A stretch of 64,000 nt of DNA from Gammaproteobacteria bacterium (lineage in GTDB: Bacteria > Pseudomonadota > Gammaproteobacteria > G965277405): positions 1,312,001 through 1,376,000 of the forward strand of contig OZ255726.1 of assembly GCA_965277405.1 (NCBI GenBank), read 5' to 3'. Positions 33,019-42,809 of this stretch are shown here, piece by piece. Under the pieces are notes generated by a model, which had not been told where the DNA came from, made no database searches, and saw only the letters and a list, made by a program, of their open reading frames with translations. Both the position numbers and the translations under genes were made by a program. Positions within the stretch are counted from its first letter, which is position 1. The number at the start of each line of letters is the position of its first letter.

Positions 33019-34047
33019 TTATTTCCATCCAGCTTCGTCCATAACTCGAACAGCTTTGCTGTTGAGTTCACCAAGGCTCTGCATTGGAGTAGCCGTGTCG
33101 GCGACAAACGGATAACCTAGACCTTTGACAATCTCACTTGGCTCAATAGCTGCGCGCACAGGGTATTCATTGTTCACCTGGGCATACCACTGTTGCGCTT
33201 TTTCTGTAACCATATATTCCAATAATGCGAGCGCCTCGGCTGGGTTGTCTGAATTTTTAACAACACCACCGCCGGTGATATTGATATGCACACCGCGGCC
33301 ATCTTGATCCGTGAAAACCGCCGCAACTTTTTTTGCTGCTGCAAACTGTGCTGCATCAGCGGTATTGGTTTTCATAATAGCAAGATAATAGGTGTTGACC
33401 AACGCCAGATCACACACGCCCTCAGCAATACCCATAATTTGGGCGCGGTCATTCCCTTTAGGATTTCTGCCAAAATTCTTAACCACGCCCGTTGCCCATG
33501 CCTTGGCAGCTTTACGTCCTGAATGCTGGATGAATGCGGCAACAAACGACTGATTATAGATATTTGACGAGCTGCGGATGCAGATTTTGTCCTTCCATGC
33601 AGGCTTGACAAGATCAGCGTAATCTTGCACAGCATTTGCAGCAACTCTATCAAGTGAACGCACCACAATACGCGCACGCTTGGTCATTGCAAACCAACGG
33701 TTATCACTATCGCGCAGCGTAGCCGGTACAGCAGCATTCAGCGCATCACTTGGGGTAGAGAGTAACAGTCCCTTGTTTGCCGCATTAACCAAGTTGCCAG
33801 CATCAGTCGTCAGCAAGATATCTGCTTGGGTGTTGTTGCCTTCTGCTTGAATTCGTTCAATCAGCGCATTAGGTTTGCCAGTAATTAAACGCGTTTTGAT
33901 TCCAGTATCTGCGGTAAAACGGTCAAGCAACGGTTGGATTAAATCTGTAGAGCGAGATGCATACACATCCACAGTTCCAGCATGGCTAAAACTTGCAAGA
34001 ACGGCAGCTATACAAGCGATGATGGCTATCAGTGTTGTATGTTTCAT
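33019..34047 (-). CDS. fbpA: Fe3+ ABC transporter substrate-binding protein (FutA/FbpA)
   Basis: Signal peptide from ATG 34047; DAGNL, ICIRSSSNIYNQS, GNDRAQI, NTYY iron-binding Tyr pair. Confidence 0.92.
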   Translation of the reverse strand: MKHTTLIAIIACIAAVLASFSHAGTVDVYASRSTDLIQPLLDRFTADTGIKTRLITGKPNALIERIQAEGNNTQADILLTTDAGNLVNAANKGLLLSTPSDALNAAVPATLRDSDNRWFAMTKRARIVVRSLDRVAANAVQDYADLVKPAWKDKICIRSSSNIYNQSFVAAFIQHSGRKAAKAWATGVVKNFGRNPKGNDRAQIMGIAEGVCDLALVNTYYLAIMKTNTADAAQFAAAKKVAAVFTDQDGRGVHINITGGGVVKNSDNPAEALALLEYMVTEKAQQWYAQVNNEYPVRAAIEPSEIVKGLGYPFVADTATPMQSLGELNSKAVRVMDEAGWK

Positions 34048-34103
34048 AGCTAATTGGGTATAGTAATAAAATGTATTATTGTAGCCATGGTCAAACAACT
34101 GTC

Positions 34104-34122
34104 AAGAGAATAGTTATCATTA
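34104..34122. promoter_or_regulatory. Fur box upstream of the iron ABC operon
   Basis: AAGAGAATAGTTATCATTA resembles TGATAAT-N-ATTATCA. Confidence 0.65.
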
Positions 34123-34250
34123 TGATTAACGGACGGATTCATTAGCTGGCAACATGTGATTGCAGCGGTGTACTTATCAGAGGTTCTGTATACCTAACGC
34201 CGCTATTGTTATAAACTTGATTGTTTGGCACTTTATTCACAGGAAGTTAC

Positions 34251-35711
34251 ATGCTTACTCCAATAGAAACTTTCAAACAACAAGTTACAACCCAGTTTGG
34301 TGCACATCTGCTGGTAACAAATCTGCGCGAACGTGTTGCGTTTGAATGCGATGCGCTGACGATTATCAAGCAAGTCCCTCCTGTCGTTGTGCTTGTGGAA
34401 AACGCAGAGCAAATTTGCCAAATTGTCGCATGGTGTCAAGAATTGCACCTTCCAATTGTGCCGCGTGGTGCTGGCACTGGGCTTTCTGGTGGCGCCACAC
34501 CCCATGCACAAGGTGTGTTGCTGGTGTTAACTAGAATGTGCGATTTTGAAGAAATTGACGTGGACAACCGCACCTTGCGTGTCCAGCCGTGCGCGACAAA
34601 TTTATCACTGAGCGCAGCAGTAGCGCAGCTGGGGTTGTTTTTTGCACCAGACCCTTCGTCGCAACTTGCCTCGACTATCGGAGGAAATGTTGCAGAAAAT
34701 TCAGGCGGCGTCCATTGCTTAAAATATGGTTTAACTGTCCACAATGTTGTTGGTGTCAACATCGTCAACGCCGACGGCAAACTGTTACAAATTGGGAGCA
34801 ACACCTTACAAACGGCGGGGTTTGACTTGTTGTCAATCATCCATGGCAGCGAAGGGCTGTTAGGGATTATCACAGAGGTAACGGTGCGATTGCTCCCCAA
34901 GCCACAAGCAGTAGAAGTCATGATGATTGCGTTTTCAGCTATGACAGATGCCGCGAATGCGGTCGCAGATATTATTGCTAGCGGGGTGATTCCTGCAGGA
35001 TTGGAAATGATGGACGGGGTGGTTAGCAAAGAGGTTGAAGCATGGTTACACATTGGCTATCCGACAGATGCTGATGCGGTGTTGCTGTGTGAGCTTGACG
35101 GCAGCAATGAGGAGATTGCCATCAACAAAAACATTGTTGTCAGACTGATGGAAAAACACCATGCCATGTCGTTGCGTTGCGCGGCAACTAAAGAAGAGCA
35201 AATGCTGTTTTGGCAAGGGCGTAAATCTGCTTTCCCGTTAGCAGGGGGGCTGGCCGCAGATTATCTGTGTATAGATGGAAGTATTAAACGGCGTTTTCTG
35301 GCGCAAGTTCTGCTCAAAATAAACGCACTCACCGCTGCATACGGGTTGCGTGTTTTGAATGTTTTTCATGCCGGCGATGGCAATTTACACCCACTAATAT
35401 TATTTGATGCCAGTGTCGGGGATGAAAAACAACGGGCTCAGGGATTAGCAAACGCCATCATGAGTCAGTGTATTCAAGCAGGAGGCACGATTAGCGGTGA
35501 ACACGGGGTGGGTCTTGAAAAGCTCGACGGGATGTGTGAGCAATTCACTACAAATGAACTGCGCATCTTTGAAAAAATCAAGTCCGCGTTTGACCCAAGC
35601 CGTATCTTTAACCCTGAAAAAGCGATCCCAACGCTTGCTCGTTGCGCTGAACTTGGCGGCATGCATGTGCATAATGGGAACATTCCTTTTCCCCATCTTG
35701 AGCGGTTATGA
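34251..35711 (+). CDS. glcD: Glycolate oxidase subunit D
   Basis: PRGAGTGLSGGA, APDPSSQ, NSGGVHCLKYG, FHAGDGNLHP, GEHGVG, RCAELG-MHVH. Confidence 0.93.
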   Translation: MLTPIETFKQQVTTQFGAHLLVTNLRERVAFECDALTIIKQVPPVVVLVENAEQICQIVAWCQELHLPIVPRGAGTGLSGGATPHAQGVLLVLTRMCDFEEIDVDNRTLRVQPCATNLSLSAAVAQLGLFFAPDPSSQLASTIGGNVAENSGGVHCLKYGLTVHNVVGVNIVNADGKLLQIGSNTLQTAGFDLLSIIHGSEGLLGIITEVTVRLLPKPQAVEVMMIAFSAMTDAANAVADIIASGVIPAGLEMMDGVVSKEVEAWLHIGYPTDADAVLLCELDGSNEEIAINKNIVVRLMEKHHAMSLRCAATKEEQMLFWQGRKSAFPLAGGLAADYLCIDGSIKRRFLAQVLLKINALTAAYGLRVLNVFHAGDGNLHPLILFDASVGDEKQRAQGLANAIMSQCIQAGGTISGEHGVGLEKLDGMCEQFTTNELRIFEKIKSAFDPSRIFNPEKAIPTLARCAELGGMHVHNGNIPFPHLERL

Positions 35712-35839
35712 TTGATCAACGCTTTGTTGGGGGGGTATATCATCGCCATTGCTCTGGAGGGAGCGTTGTGATTATCGGCATTTGCAGCAAATTCGTCGCG
35801 CTTGCGGTTAAAATTTGGCCGCTTAATGCGAACTGCTGA

Positions 35840-36934
35840 ATGCAACAGCCAGCATCAGTACAGCAATATTATAAAGCGATAGCGGATAAGCGGCCTATTT
35901 TCATATCAGGCAACCAATCAACATGGGGTGAGCTTGCTCAGCAACGTCACACTGTTATCGATACATCGCAAACATCATATGCAGCTATTTGTACTCGTGA
36001 TAACGTCGGCATTATTGAATATGAACCGAGCGAAATGGTTATCCGTGTGCGTGCTGGCACACTGATAGCAGATATTAACGCTACCCTGGTACAATCGCAA
36101 CAAATGCTGGGTTTTGAACCTGCCACACATTCAGGAAAAGCCACTATCGGCGGTGCGGTTGCCGTTGGTAATAGTGGCGCTGCAAGACCATATTATGGTG
36201 CGTGCCGTGATTTTGTATTGGGGGTTGGAATGGTGACTGGTGAAGGGCAGTTTTGCAATTTTGGCGGGCAGGTCATGAAGAACGTTGCAGGATTTGACGT
36301 TGCAAAATTATTGGTTGGTTCACATGGGTTGCTTGGTCTGATACATGATATTAGCTTGCGGGTGCTGCCGCTGCTGCCTGTTACCACAACCATCAGCATC
36401 AATCTTACCGCCGCACAAGCCATTGGTGTTATGAACCTGCTTGCAGGGATTCAACTGCCGATCAATGCGCAAATATGGCATGCGCATACATTGTATATTC
36501 GGCTGCACAACCACGGCGAAGTTGTTGAAAAGTCTATTGCTGCTATTCAAGCGGCAATCAATACATGGCAACAGCAACATGCGGATATTACAGGTGATCT
36601 TGAAGTTACAGCTGCAGATAATAATATTTGGGACTTGGTGAAAGAGGATGCATTGCTCCCACAAACCGCGTTGCTACGGGTGGTGTGCCCACAAAATGCA
36701 CCTGTTGTCGGGTCACCATTGTTAATCGATTGGGCCGGGGGGCTACGATTGTATGCAGCCTCCGCTGGAGTTGGTCTGGCACAGCAAACCAACCATACGG
36801 TATGGTTGTGGAAAAATCACCGGCTGCTCTGCGATATACAATCGCCAATGTCACCAGAAATTCAGAAAATTAATACCAATCTCCGCGCGGTTTTCGACCC
36901 TTACGCGCTTATCCACCAAAGGCTGCGTTTTTAG
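35840..36934 (+). CDS. glcE: Glycolate oxidase subunit E
   Basis: GIIEYEPSEMV, FGGQVMKNVAGFDV, DWAGGLR, FDP. Confidence 0.88.
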   Translation: MQQPASVQQYYKAIADKRPIFISGNQSTWGELAQQRHTVIDTSQTSYAAICTRDNVGIIEYEPSEMVIRVRAGTLIADINATLVQSQQMLGFEPATHSGKATIGGAVAVGNSGAARPYYGACRDFVLGVGMVTGEGQFCNFGGQVMKNVAGFDVAKLLVGSHGLLGLIHDISLRVLPLLPVTTTISINLTAAQAIGVMNLLAGIQLPINAQIWHAHTLYIRLHNHGEVVEKSIAAIQAAINTWQQQHADITGDLEVTAADNNIWDLVKEDALLPQTALLRVVCPQNAPVVGSPLLIDWAGGLRLYAASAGVGLAQQTNHTVWLWKNHRLLCDIQSPMSPEIQKINTNLRAVFDPYALIHQRLRF

Positions 36935-36964
36935 CGCCGAGCATCATTAACATTGGTTTTTTCC

Positions 36965-38209
36965 ATGTTTGTTGCAATCGACAAAAATATCCCACCAGCA
37001 CAGGCGCAACAAGCGCGTAAAATACTCAATACATGCGTCCATTGCGGCATGTGTAACGCGACATGCCCAACGTATCTGGTCACCCAAAATGAGCTTGATG
37101 GTCCACGTGGTCGAATTTATCAAATGCTAGATTTTTACCAGAGCAACACGTTCGATGCTACCACGCTTGCCCATCTTGATGCGTGTTTAAGTTGTGGCAA
37201 CTGCATCACCACCTGCCCTGCAGACGTGCAATATCTCGATCTTCTCGAAATTACCAAGCCATTATTAGAAAAGCACGCCAAGCGCGGCATAAGCTACAAC
37301 ATAAAAAAATGGATGTTGCTAAGTTTTTTTAGCTCACCGCAATTCAACGTCGTTTTCTTTAAGGCGTTGCGGAATATTGCCCCACAATTACTCGTGCCAA
37401 CCAAATACAAAGCACTGCTGCGTAGACCGCCACGCCGCTCCCAGCAGCGCATTGACAACAGCAAGGCAAACACAATATCACCAGCAACTACCATTTTTCT
37501 CCACCAAGGCTGTGTCCAAAAAGGCGCAACCCCAGAAGTCAATGCAGCAGCGCGGGCAGTGTTAGAGCATTGCGGCTATACAGTAACCACCGCAAGCAAC
37601 GAACAATGTTGTGGTGCGATGGCATTGCACCTTGGTGATGAACAGCGCGCCAAACAACAACTGCAACACAATGTTCGCCTTGCCAACCAGCAGCATGCCG
37701 CTGTAATTACCAATGCGTCCAGCGCATGCAGCTTGATGATGAAACAAAAAATTGCCGTAGATAATTGGCACAGCGCTAATAACTCTGACAGTCTCGGCAT
37801 TGATAGCGTAGAAATAAGCGATTTGATTTTTCCGTATATAAATATCTTTCCCAAAGTACAGCGCCAACGCATTGCATTTCACCCCCCGTGCACGTTGCAA
37901 CATGGGCATATCAAACGTGAGCAGATAGAAACTCTGTTAGCTTGTTTAGGCTACACCCTTCTGCCTATTCGCAACGACCATTTGTGTTGTGGTTCGGCTG
38001 GCACGTATTCAATTTTTCAACCAGAACTTGCCAATACAATTGGCGATAAAAAAATTGAAACGCTTGAGGAATTGCATGCGGATTTAATCGTCACCGCAAA
38101 TATAGGCTGCCAAATTTTTTTAGGCCAAAAAACCAACCACAAGGTTTATCATTGGCTAGAACTCCTTGAAACATGTATTGCGGGTTATCAAACCGCTGAT
38201 GATAACTAA
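36965..38209 (+). CDS. glcF: Glycolate oxidase Fe-S subunit F
   Basis: CVHCGMCNATCPTY, DGPRGRI, CLSCGNCITTCP, CCG, CCGSAGTYS. Confidence 0.92.
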   Translation: MFVAIDKNIPPAQAQQARKILNTCVHCGMCNATCPTYLVTQNELDGPRGRIYQMLDFYQSNTFDATTLAHLDACLSCGNCITTCPADVQYLDLLEITKPLLEKHAKRGISYNIKKWMLLSFFSSPQFNVVFFKALRNIAPQLLVPTKYKALLRRPPRRSQQRIDNSKANTISPATTIFLHQGCVQKGATPEVNAAARAVLEHCGYTVTTASNEQCCGAMALHLGDEQRAKQQLQHNVRLANQQHAAVITNASSACSLMMKQKIAVDNWHSANNSDSLGIDSVEISDLIFPYINIFPKVQRQRIAFHPPCTLQHGHIKREQIETLLACLGYTLLPIRNDHLCCGSAGTYSIFQPELANTIGDKKIETLEELHADLIVTANIGCQIFLGQKTNHKVYHWLELLETCIAGYQTADDN

Positions 38210-38241
38210 TAACGCTGGGCAACCACGCTGATGATAACTAA

Positions 38242-38528
38242 GGAAGTTCTGATTAAGTCCATGATGGGCGAGACGGAGAAAAAACGCTGATGATAACTAG
38301 ACGCAGTGCGCAGATAATACTGGTGGTATTATCAAGTGCTGCAACGACGTTAGCGCAGCGTTTTTTCCCGTCCTTCTGTTGAATATACAACGGTTTGATG
38401 GTAATTGCTGCGCTTGCTGTGTTGCATCCCTTGGCGTATATGCTACGGCATGCGCCTGCGGTTTGCGCCTTGCAATCATCAGCAATTACCATCAAACTCG
38501 CTCCATCAGCGACTTAATCAGAGCTTCC
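38242..38528 (-). mobile_element. MITE, full copy (287 bp), reverse orientation
   Basis: TIRs ggaagttctgattaag / cttaatcagagcttcc; perfect CTAA target duplication (38238-41, 38529-32). Confidence 0.92.
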
Positions 38529-38562
38529 CTAATAACGCAGGTCAAAAACCTGAGGATAGCAA

Positions 38563-39891
38563 TTAATCGACTGCAATTAGTTGTTGCAGCCGTTTAATCG
38601 TTGTTCGCGTTGCTCCGACATGCACGGCAATCGCTTGTTTTCCTGCATTGCCTTGTCGCCATGCTTGCTTGGGGTTTTCCAGTAAAGTTTGCACGGTTGC
38701 CGCAAGTTGGCGCGCATTCGTAACAGGGGTGATAGCACCACATTTACGCAGTAGTGCATGGGCAAATTGAAAATTATATTGGCTTGGTCCGCAGACAATA
38801 GGTTTGCCTGCATGCGCGGGCTCAATCACATTTTGCGAGCCTGTATCGACCAATGTTCCTCCAACAAAAACGACATCAGCGCATTGGTATAGCCAACCTA
38901 AATCGCCAATAGTGTCGACAATAATACAATTGCCTAGTGATGGCGTTCCTGCTTGGGTAGCTTGGGTAGCTTGGGTAGCTTGGGTAGCTTGGGTAGAGAG
39001 TGTGGAAAATAACCGATGGGGTAATGTTGCTTGGGAAACATGCTTGATAAAGTCGTTGGGATGGCGTGGTGCCCAAATCAGTAAGGTATTGTCGGTATGC
39101 AGCGCCCGCCACGCCTCAACAATATATCCCTCTTCACCGGCGCGGCTACTCGCCACGAGCCAAACGCGTTTGTTGGAGCAATACTGTATAAAGTTAGTAA
39201 ATTTTTTTGGAGTTTGTGGTATTTGTGGTGGGGTTTGTGGTGGAGTTTGTGGTAATGGTGCATCAAATTTGATTGACCCGGTAACCGATACCGCAACCTG
39301 TTGACCAAAGCGTTGCGCAACAATGCTAAAGCGTTTGCCAGCTTGGCGGGTTTGTGCAGCAATGAGTTCTGGCAACGGTAGCTGCAAGCAGCGCATGCGT
39401 AAGTAGCCGCGCATCGAGCGTGGGGACAACCGTCCATTGATAAGCGCAGTCCTGCAGTTATGTACCCGTGCCTGTGCTAATAAATTAGGCCATATTTCAG
39501 TTTCAATGGCAATAAACAATGCAGGCTGCACCCGCTTGAATGTCCGCGCCATCAACCAGCCGATATCAAAAGGGATATAGCGAATCGTCACCGCAATTGC
39601 TGGATGTGCAGTTTGCCATGTGGTTAATACAGCACGTCCAGTGGGTGTAGTGCAGGTCAGTAAAATTGTAGGGAGTGGTGACTGCGCATGCCAGCATTGC
39701 AGCAACTGACCAGCAATGCCAGCCTCACCAACTGATACTGCGTGAAGCCAATACCGATGTTGCCCTAGTGGAGCACAACTCAAGCGTTCGTTGAGGTGCT
39801 GTCGGTAGCGTGGGTCTGCCTTACTTTTGCGCAACACGCGTAGCAGCATTGCCGGGAAGAGTAGCCATGCCAGCAGCCGCCACGTCAACAT
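38563..39891 (-). CDS. waaA: Kdo transferase
   Basis: WLHAVSVGE, TTPTG, PFD, ETEIWPN, NGRLS-RS, APRHP, DTIGDL, EPA; start moved to ATG 39891. Confidence 0.92.
   Translation of the reverse strand: MLTWRLLAWLLFPAMLLRVLRKSKADPRYRQHLNERLSCAPLGQHRYWLHAVSVGEAGIAGQLLQCWHAQSPLPTILLTCTTPTGRAVLTTWQTAHPAIAVTIRYIPFDIGWLMARTFKRVQPALFIAIETEIWPNLLAQARVHNCRTALINGRLSPRSMRGYLRMRCLQLPLPELIAAQTRQAGKRFSIVAQRFGQQVAVSVTGSIKFDAPLPQTPPQTPPQIPQTPKKFTNFIQYCSNKRVWLVASSRAGEEGYIVEAWRALHTDNTLLIWAPRHPNDFIKHVSQATLPHRLFSTLSTQATQATQATQATQAGTPSLGNCIIVDTIGDLGWLYQCADVVFVGGTLVDTGSQNVIEPAHAGKPIVCGPSQYNFQFAHALLRKCGAITPVTNARQLAATVQTLLENPKQAWRQGNAGKQAIAVHVGATRTTIKRLQQLIAVD
38951..38995. repeat. 9-bp tandem repeat (GCTTGGGTA)x5 inside waaA
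   Basis: Direct reading; encodes (TQA)5. Confidence 0.95.
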
Positions 39892-39907
39892 ATATGTCGT
39901 TGTAGAT

Positions 39908-40618
39908 TTATGTATGAGTAACAGCTGTACAGATTTGCCGTTGCATTGCTGCTGCTGCGTCGTGTGGCGTATCGAAACCATGATGGTCACGAATTGGCCT
40001 GCCAACAACAATATAGTCTGCACCATTGGCAAATGCCTGGGCAACGTTCACCGTGCGTTTTTGGTCATCACTGTTGCTTATTGGTCGTACTCCTGGGGTG
40101 ACGACCAGTAACGCATCACCAAATTGCTGTTTGATGCTAGCAGCTTCAAGACCTGAAGAAACGACACCAGCACAGCCGTAACCCAGCGCACGTTTTGCGC
40201 GTGAGAGGACTAATGCCTTAATATCGACGTCAAAGCCAAGGTCGTCTAAATCCCCTTGGTCGAGGCTAGTAAGCGCGGTAACTGCGAGTAATTGTAAGCG
40301 GGTGTTTGCCGCGCAGGCGGCTTGCATCACTGCATCATTGCCATGGATGGATATCATCGTTATGGGAAAATTATTGAGTTGCTTAACCGCAGACGCAACA
40401 GTTTGTGGTACATCAAACAATTTGACGTCAGCGAACACTTGTTTGTTTTGTGTCGCAAGCCATTCAATCAGGGTAAAATAATCTTTGGTCATGCACAGTT
40501 CTAAGCCAACTTTATAAAATACGCCAGCGTCACCTAAATCGCTAACGAGTTGTTTGGCCGCAGTGATATTAGCAACGTCCAATGCGACGATAAGCCTACT
40601 GTTTGTTGGTATGGTCAT
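39908..40618 (-). CDS. pyrF: Orotidine 5'-phosphate decarboxylase
   Basis: LIVALD, FYKVG, FADVKLFDVPQTV, VTPGVRP, DDQKR, VVGRPI. Confidence 0.95.
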   Translation of the reverse strand: MTIPTNSRLIVALDVANITAAKQLVSDLGDAGVFYKVGLELCMTKDYFTLIEWLATQNKQVFADVKLFDVPQTVASAVKQLNNFPITMISIHGNDAVMQAACAANTRLQLLAVTALTSLDQGDLDDLGFDVDIKALVLSRAKRALGYGCAGVVSSGLEAASIKQQFGDALLVVTPGVRPISNSDDQKRTVNVAQAFANGADYIVVGRPIRDHHGFDTPHDAAAAMQRQICTAVTHT

Positions 40619-41837
40619 ATTCTGCTTGGTAGCGTTTGGCGATGGCAACCCGCGCTGCATATACCGCATCTTTGATATTTTGCGGTGTCATTGTTGGGGT
40701 AATGACCGTGCGCGGCTGCAGTTGTTGTTGCGCTTGATAATGCCCTTCAAGGTATGCGGTTTGCTTACACGGATAGTTAGAAAACCCGTAGCGTCCACGG
40801 CTGTCTGCTTCACATACGCGCAAGTAGTTTGCTAACAAGTCATGATCACGCCAGACATCAAGTTGATTAAATAGCTTGATGATACTTGCTGGCTTAAGCT
40901 CAAATACCCGATGATAATGCAAGTGTAACTTGGTGATTTTGATTGCTTGCGCATGTGTTTTTTTATCCAGCCGCATCCGCTGGCAAAATGCATCAACTAA
41001 TGGAACGCCACTATGTTCATGCCCTTGGTGCGACGGCAATATATGTATTGGGGTAACGCCCTTGCCAAAGTCGTGGAGTAATGCACACCAACGCACGCAT
41101 GTGTTGGTTGCGGCATGCGCAGCAGCGTCGATGACTAACATCGTATGCAGCAAGCAATCAACTTCTGGATGCCATTTACGCGTTTGTGGTACGCCACTGA
41201 GTGATGCTAATTCAGGAAATATCTCTGCTAACGCCCCGCATTGATGCAAGATTGCAAAATACATTGATGGTTTAGCGCAGCGTAGCGCGCGTTCAGTCTC
41301 GCTAGTAATACGTTCCATAGAGAGGGTTGCAAGTTCACCGCTGGCAACGATGTTGCGCATTAATGCAATGGTTTCAGGGGCAACAGTAAACCCGTATTTA
41401 CACAGTTGGCTCGCAAAACGGGCAACCCGAAACACCCGCAGTGGGTCTTCACTAAACGCTGCGCTGACATGGCGCAATACCCTGTTTTGCAAATCAACAA
41501 CACCATGAAATGGGTCAATAATGTTGCCAGCATCATCCCGAGCCATGGCGTTGATGGTGATGTCGCGGCGCAGCAAATCATCTTCAAGCGAGATACTCGG
41601 CTGACAGTCAAAGCTAAACGCTTGGTGTCCAGCACCTACCTTGCGCTCCCGACGTGCTAATGCATATTCTTCTTTGCTGGTTGGGTGCAAATACACAGGG
41701 AAGTGCTTGCCAACGGCAATAAATCCATTTGCCAACATTTCTTGGTTGCTGCTGCCAACGACGACCCAGTCGTTATCAGTGGATTGAATGCCGAGCAGGG
41801 TGTCGCGGACAGCGCCGCCGACTAAATATGAATTCAT
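40596..41837 (-). CDS. cca: Multifunctional CCA-adding enzyme with HD domain
   Basis: YLVGGAVRD, EEYALAR-E, RRDITINAMA, EDPLRV-R-ARF, HPEVD, LLHDFGK. Confidence 0.95.
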   Translation of the reverse strand: MNSYLVGGAVRDTLLGIQSTDNDWVVVGSSNQEMLANGFIAVGKHFPVYLHPTSKEEYALARRERKVGAGHQAFSFDCQPSISLEDDLLRRDITINAMARDDAGNIIDPFHGVVDLQNRVLRHVSAAFSEDPLRVFRVARFASQLCKYGFTVAPETIALMRNIVASGELATLSMERITSETERALRCAKPSMYFAILHQCGALAEIFPELASLSGVPQTRKWHPEVDCLLHTMLVIDAAAHAATNTCVRWCALLHDFGKGVTPIHILPSHQGHEHSGVPLVDAFCQRMRLDKKTHAQAIKITKLHLHYHRVFELKPASIIKLFNQLDVWRDHDLLANYLRVCEADSRGRYGFSNYPCKQTAYLEGHYQAQQQLQPRTVITPTMTPQNIKDAVYAARVAIAKRYQAEYDHTNKQ

Positions 41838-42511
41838 GCGCTTAATATGGATTCTGCCAACGATAAATCAATTGGTGTTGTAACTTTTATATTATCCTGT
41901 TTTCCCTCAATCATTGTGACCGCATGCCCACAGTGATGCAAAGCAGATACGTCATCTGTAACGGCGTACTGTTGCGCAATACAGTGTTGTATTGAATTTC
42001 TGAGCAGCGCAGCTGGGGCACATTGTGGGGTAAATGTCCGCCAAATCGTGCTGCGGTCAACAACATCGTGTACTTTGAGATTTTCATCAACATCAACGAG
42101 ACTGTCCGTAGCCGGCGCTCCTAATGCACAGGCGTGCTGCGGGTTGTTGCGTATCCAACGCATGAGCAAATCAATATCTGCTTTACTGATATTTGGGCGA
42201 GCGCCATCGTGGATGAGCGCATATGCATTTGTATCTTGTTTAAGTACGGCGTTCAGTCCTGCGAGTACTGAGTTAAACCGTTGTTCTCCTCCTTGAACGT
42301 GCATGTAGCTATCTGGCGGGAATGGCAACGGCGTCTTGCAACTCTCCACAATCACGACACCTGCAATGTGTGGGTGGGTAACAAAATAGCGCGCGGCATA
42401 ATATAGCATTGGTGTATCGGCTATCAGCAAGGATGTCTTGTGCGTTTGCGCACAAAGTTGTCCCATGCGTTTACCATATCCTGCAGCAGCAATGACTGCC
42501 CATACGTCCAT
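41834..42511 (-). CDS. ispD: 2-C-methyl-D-erythritol 4-phosphate cytidylyltransferase
   Basis: AAAGYGKRMG, GGEQRFNSV, IHDGARP, TPQ, TDD, NIKVTTP-DL. Confidence 0.9.
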   Translation of the reverse strand: MDVWAVIAAAGYGKRMGQLCAQTHKTSLLIADTPMLYYAARYFVTHPHIAGVVIVESCKTPLPFPPDSYMHVQGGEQRFNSVLAGLNAVLKQDTNAYALIHDGARPNISKADIDLLMRWIRNNPQHACALGAPATDSLVDVDENLKVHDVVDRSTIWRTFTPQCAPAALLRNSIQHCIAQQYAVTDDVSALHHCGHAVTMIEGKQDNIKVTTPIDLSLAESILSA

Positions 42512-42512
42512 G

Positions 42513-42803
42513 TTATTGCTCGCTACTGAGGTCTTTGATAATCAGCAATAACTCGTCTTTACTAATCATCATTAATTCGCTACGGGCGCGTTCTTCAATA
42601 GCGCTGACATCAGTTTTAATACTATTTATTCGTTGTTGCAAGCGGTCATTTTCAACGTGAAGCGCCATATTTCGCCGTTGCAAAATTGCAACTTGATGTT
42701 CAAGTCGATGGATGAATGTCAGGCTGCCGTCACCAAGCCATATCCGCGCTTGTAATAGCAACAACACTATGATGAGCAAGATAGTCCAAAATCGTAGCTT
42801 CAT
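42513..42803 (-). CDS. ftsB: Cell division protein FtsB
   Basis: TM segment, W-G-GS, coiled coil, IEERARSELMMI. Confidence 0.9.
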   Translation of the reverse strand: MKLRFWTILLIIVLLLLQARIWLGDGSLTFIHRLEHQVAILQRRNMALHVENDRLQQRINSIKTDVSAIEERARSELMMISKDELLLIIKDLSSEQ

Positions 42804-42809
42804 GACTTG

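Noticed and set aside
34251-38209. glcDEF as the D-2-hydroxyglutarate dehydrogenase partner of HglS
   Set aside because: Over 30 kb away, with motifs that fit canonical glycolate oxidase; nothing in the sequence links them.
38253-38597. 60-80 aa ORFs within the MITE copy
   Set aside because: No equivalent ORFs are listed for the other full copies and there are no protein motifs.
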